From: Candidatus Fokinia solitaria
GTDB taxonomy: Bacteria; Pseudomonadota; Alphaproteobacteria; Rickettsiales; Midichloriaceae
DNA: 32,000 bases
Direction of reading: 5' to 3'
NCBI RefSeq assembly: GCF_003072485.1
Contig: NZ_CP025989.1
Coordinates: forward strand, 636,313 to 668,312
Shown: positions 30,028 through 32,000 of the stretch, piece after piece
How positions within the stretch are numbered: the first letter of the stretch is position 1
Layout of the letters: each line of letters begins with the position of its first letter
Made by a program: the position numbers and the translations under genes
Notes under the pieces: model-generated
Told to the model about the DNA's origin: nothing
Seen by the model: only the letters and a program-made list of their open reading frames with translations
Database searches by the model: none

Positions 30028-31407
30028 TTATCTCTTAAACATATTCTGCATAATCTTCATTTGATCTCCTAATCTCATATTTTTCATTTGTTTTAACACT
30101 CCTGCGATCATATTATACTCTTTTAACAAAGCATTGACGTCTTGCACTTTAGTACCTGAGCCATTTGCAATTCGAAGCTTTCTTTTTCCATCTAAGATAT
30201 CCGGCTTTTCTTTTTCTTTTGCCGTCATAGACGATACAATCGCAATCTGATTTCTCACTTTTCGCGCTAACTCTTGTTGCTGCTTTTGATCTATCTTTGG
30301 CAAACCAGGAAGAAGCCCGATCATAACGCTAAGTCCTCCCATTTTGCCAATTTTCTTCATATACTGCACATAATCCGTAAGTGTAAATTTTCCACTTTGC
30401 ACTTTCTTCATAAGCTGTTCTTCACTCATCTCATCTACAACATCAGAAGCTTTCTCTATCAGCAAAGCGATATCCCCTAAGCCCATAATCCTTGAAGCAA
30501 TTCTAAGCGGATGAAATATCTCTATTGCGTCTAACTTCTCCCCCGAAGTGATAAATTTGATTGGCGCGCCTACCGCACGCTTCATACTTAGCATGCTTCC
30601 TCCCTTGGCATCTCCATCAAGTCTCGTAAGTATAATGCCAGTAATTGGCACCGCTTCCGCAAATGCTTTACCGATGATAGGCGCTTGTTGCCCTAGCATA
30701 GCATCACATACAAAGATTGTTTCAGAAGGCTTTATCGTATTGTGAATCTCTGCAATCTCTGCCATTAACGCAGCATTAACATCTGTTCTTCCAGCAGTAT
30801 CCAAAATTATTACATTCGATTCTCTTGTATGCGCAAGTTTCACACACATACTCGCCTTTTCAACAATATTGGAGAAACCTTCACAATCCAAAAATTCTAC
30901 AGCACTACCTTCAACTAAAGTCTTCAGCTGTTCTTTTGCCGCGGCTCTAGTTTCATCAAGCGATGCAACTACAACTTTCTTACTCAACTTTTGCGCCAAT
31001 AAAGTAGCAAGTTTCGCTACAGTAGTAGTTTTTCCTACACCTTGTAATCCAAGAAATAGTATAACATTAAGGCCATCCTTGATATTCAGCGTTTTCTTAA
31101 GAAGTGTAAGATTATTTTCAGAATGCACTTCTTCTTGAATGCTATCAGATAAAAAATCCACTATTTGATTCTGCATGGCATCGCATATTGCTTTACCATA
31201 GTTTATGACACCCTTCTCATTAATTACTTCAATCTTCACTCGTAACTCGTGCACGAAGATATCCGCTAGCTCAAGACTGAGATCAGAATCTAAAAGTGCA
31301 ACTCTTATTTGCTTAAGTAAAACATCAATTTCATCATTGTTAAGATGAGATTTAGTACTTAATTTCTTTGCTAGAGTAGAAAATTTTTCTTTTAAAAATG
31401 TCAGCAT
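30028..31407 (-). CDS. ffh: signal recognition particle protein Ffh
   Basis: 459 aa. N domain, G domain GLQGVGKTTT / DTAGR / TRLDGDAKGG, and a Met-rich C-terminal M domain (KMGGLSVMIGLLPGL...). Confidence 0.95.
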   Translation of the reverse strand: MLTFLKEKFSTLAKKLSTKSHLNNDEIDVLLKQIRVALLDSDLSLELADIFVHELRVKIEVINEKGVINYGKAICDAMQNQIVDFLSDSIQEEVHSENNLTLLKKTLNIKDGLNVILFLGLQGVGKTTTVAKLATLLAQKLSKKVVVASLDETRAAAKEQLKTLVEGSAVEFLDCEGFSNIVEKASMCVKLAHTRESNVIILDTAGRTDVNAALMAEIAEIHNTIKPSETIFVCDAMLGQQAPIIGKAFAEAVPITGIILTRLDGDAKGGSMLSMKRAVGAPIKFITSGEKLDAIEIFHPLRIASRIMGLGDIALLIEKASDVVDEMSEEQLMKKVQSGKFTLTDYVQYMKKIGKMGGLSVMIGLLPGLPKIDQKQQQELARKVRNQIAIVSSMTAKEKEKPDILDGKRKLRIANGSGTKVQDVNALLKEYNMIAGVLKQMKNMRLGDQMKIMQNMFKR

Positions 31408-31524
31408 AATGATGAAGTCTTGGCATACTCAGTACGCTCACATTACTACATATTTTATTCATAAATCAATATAGCATCAATTTGAAATCTCGTATGTATT
31501 CGCATGACAGCTATAATCGCACTC

Positions 31525-31553
31525 GCAATTTCTTCTTATCTGCAATTTCTTCT
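31525..31553 (+). repeat. 12-bp direct repeat, two copies spaced 17 bp (gcaatttcttct)
   Basis: Identical 12-mers at 31525-31536 and 31542-31553, in the divergent intergenic region between ffh and the 73-aa ORF. Confidence 0.8.
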
Positions 31554-31686
31554 CGTTTAATCTTCAAGGAAATATATTTCATGTAATATTCATATTGACT
31601 CTCGTAGAGAAAAATTCCACTCACTTGAGTATTGTAACGATCATGAGTCTGTAATATAATTCTCATGTTCGTTATTCAGTTTTGAA

Positions 31687-31908
31687 ATGGCCATGTCAAA
31701 GAAAATCACTGCTTCCAAGAACAATATCGCAATGCGCGGTAAAAAAGCTGCTCTTAGGAAAATCGGGGACAAGACTGTGAGTCCTGTACTATATCATGGT
31801 ATAAAGCTGGGACATGGTACTTATATGGCTGCGCAATTTGAAGACGGTCAGTTAGCACTTGACACTTCTGGTAGACCGATTCCATATAATGCTGCTGCAC
31901 AGCAGTAA
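31687..31908 (+). CDS. small basic hypothetical protein (73 aa)
   Basis: The ORF has non-random-looking composition (MAMSKKITASKNNIAMRGKKAALRKIGDK...GRPIPYNAAAQQ) and is followed by a stem-loop. I recognise no family and see no clear Shine-Dalgarno sequence. Confidence 0.35.
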   Translation: MAMSKKITASKNNIAMRGKKAALRKIGDKTVSPVLYHGIKLGHGTYMAAQFEDGQLALDTSGRPIPYNAAAQQ

Positions 31909-31909
31909 T

Positions 31910-31944
31910 GACAGTAAGTGAGGTAGCAACGCTACTTCACTGTC
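31910..31944. terminator. stem-loop directly after the 73-aa ORF
   Basis: Inner 8-bp stem (tgaggtag/ctacttca with one G-U) closing a caacg loop, plus outer gacag/ctgtc pairing across a 4-nt bulge. There is no T-run. It could serve convergent transcription if a minus-strand gene ends near 31937. Confidence 0.3.
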
Positions 31945-32000
31945 CAAGAAGAGATATCTGGAGGTATTTACAAGTTGTATTTATCACTTCTACGCTATTT

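Noticed and set aside
31937-32000. Possible C-terminus of a minus-strand gene entering from beyond the window (…NSVEVINTTCKYLQISLLGQ*)
   Set aside because: Only about 20 codons are visible, which is too little to support a call.

Overview
This is a visibly AT-rich, gene-dense window from what looks like a reduced-genome alphaproteobacterium of Rickettsiales-like, obligate-intracellular type. Three things support that placement. A 23S-5S rRNA pair has no 16S gene upstream. nuoG and nuoD sit apart from any nuo operon. tRNA-His carries an encoded G-1:C73 pair. Most of the window is housekeeping: dnaE (partial), pyrH, a GlnQ-like ABC ATPase, rsmH, recF, nuoG, gshB, a GNAT acetyltransferase, metG, a stand-alone 5'-3' exonuclease, murI, nuoD, a UvrD-family helicase, a PhoB-like response regulator, a YihY-family membrane protein, a holA-like ORF and ffh. 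It also holds tRNA-Gln, tRNA-Met(CAU), tRNA-His, 5S and 23S rRNA. I found no CRISPR array, transposase, integrase or recognisable defence or toxin system, and I cannot point to a clear novel multi-gene system. The most unusual content is lineage-specific. (1) A 294-aa acidic protein ends in two families of near-perfect tandem repeats (24 bp and 75 bp). (2) A 953-aa Lys/Glu/Gln-rich coiled-coil-like protein has a long degenerate Gln-rich repeat tract and one internal hydrophobic segment. (3) A small acidic Ser/Thr-rich lipoprotein is followed by about 340 bp of non-coding DNA with stacked terminator-like hairpins. (4) A roughly 48-nt element about 79% identical sits at the same offset just 3' of both 5S rRNA and tRNA-His, flanking a protein-like 110-115 aa orphan ORF. 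Items 1 to 3 are candidate secreted or surface (effector-like) proteins, but that is inference from composition only. All homology calls rest on motifs read by eye from the translations, and no database search was possible.
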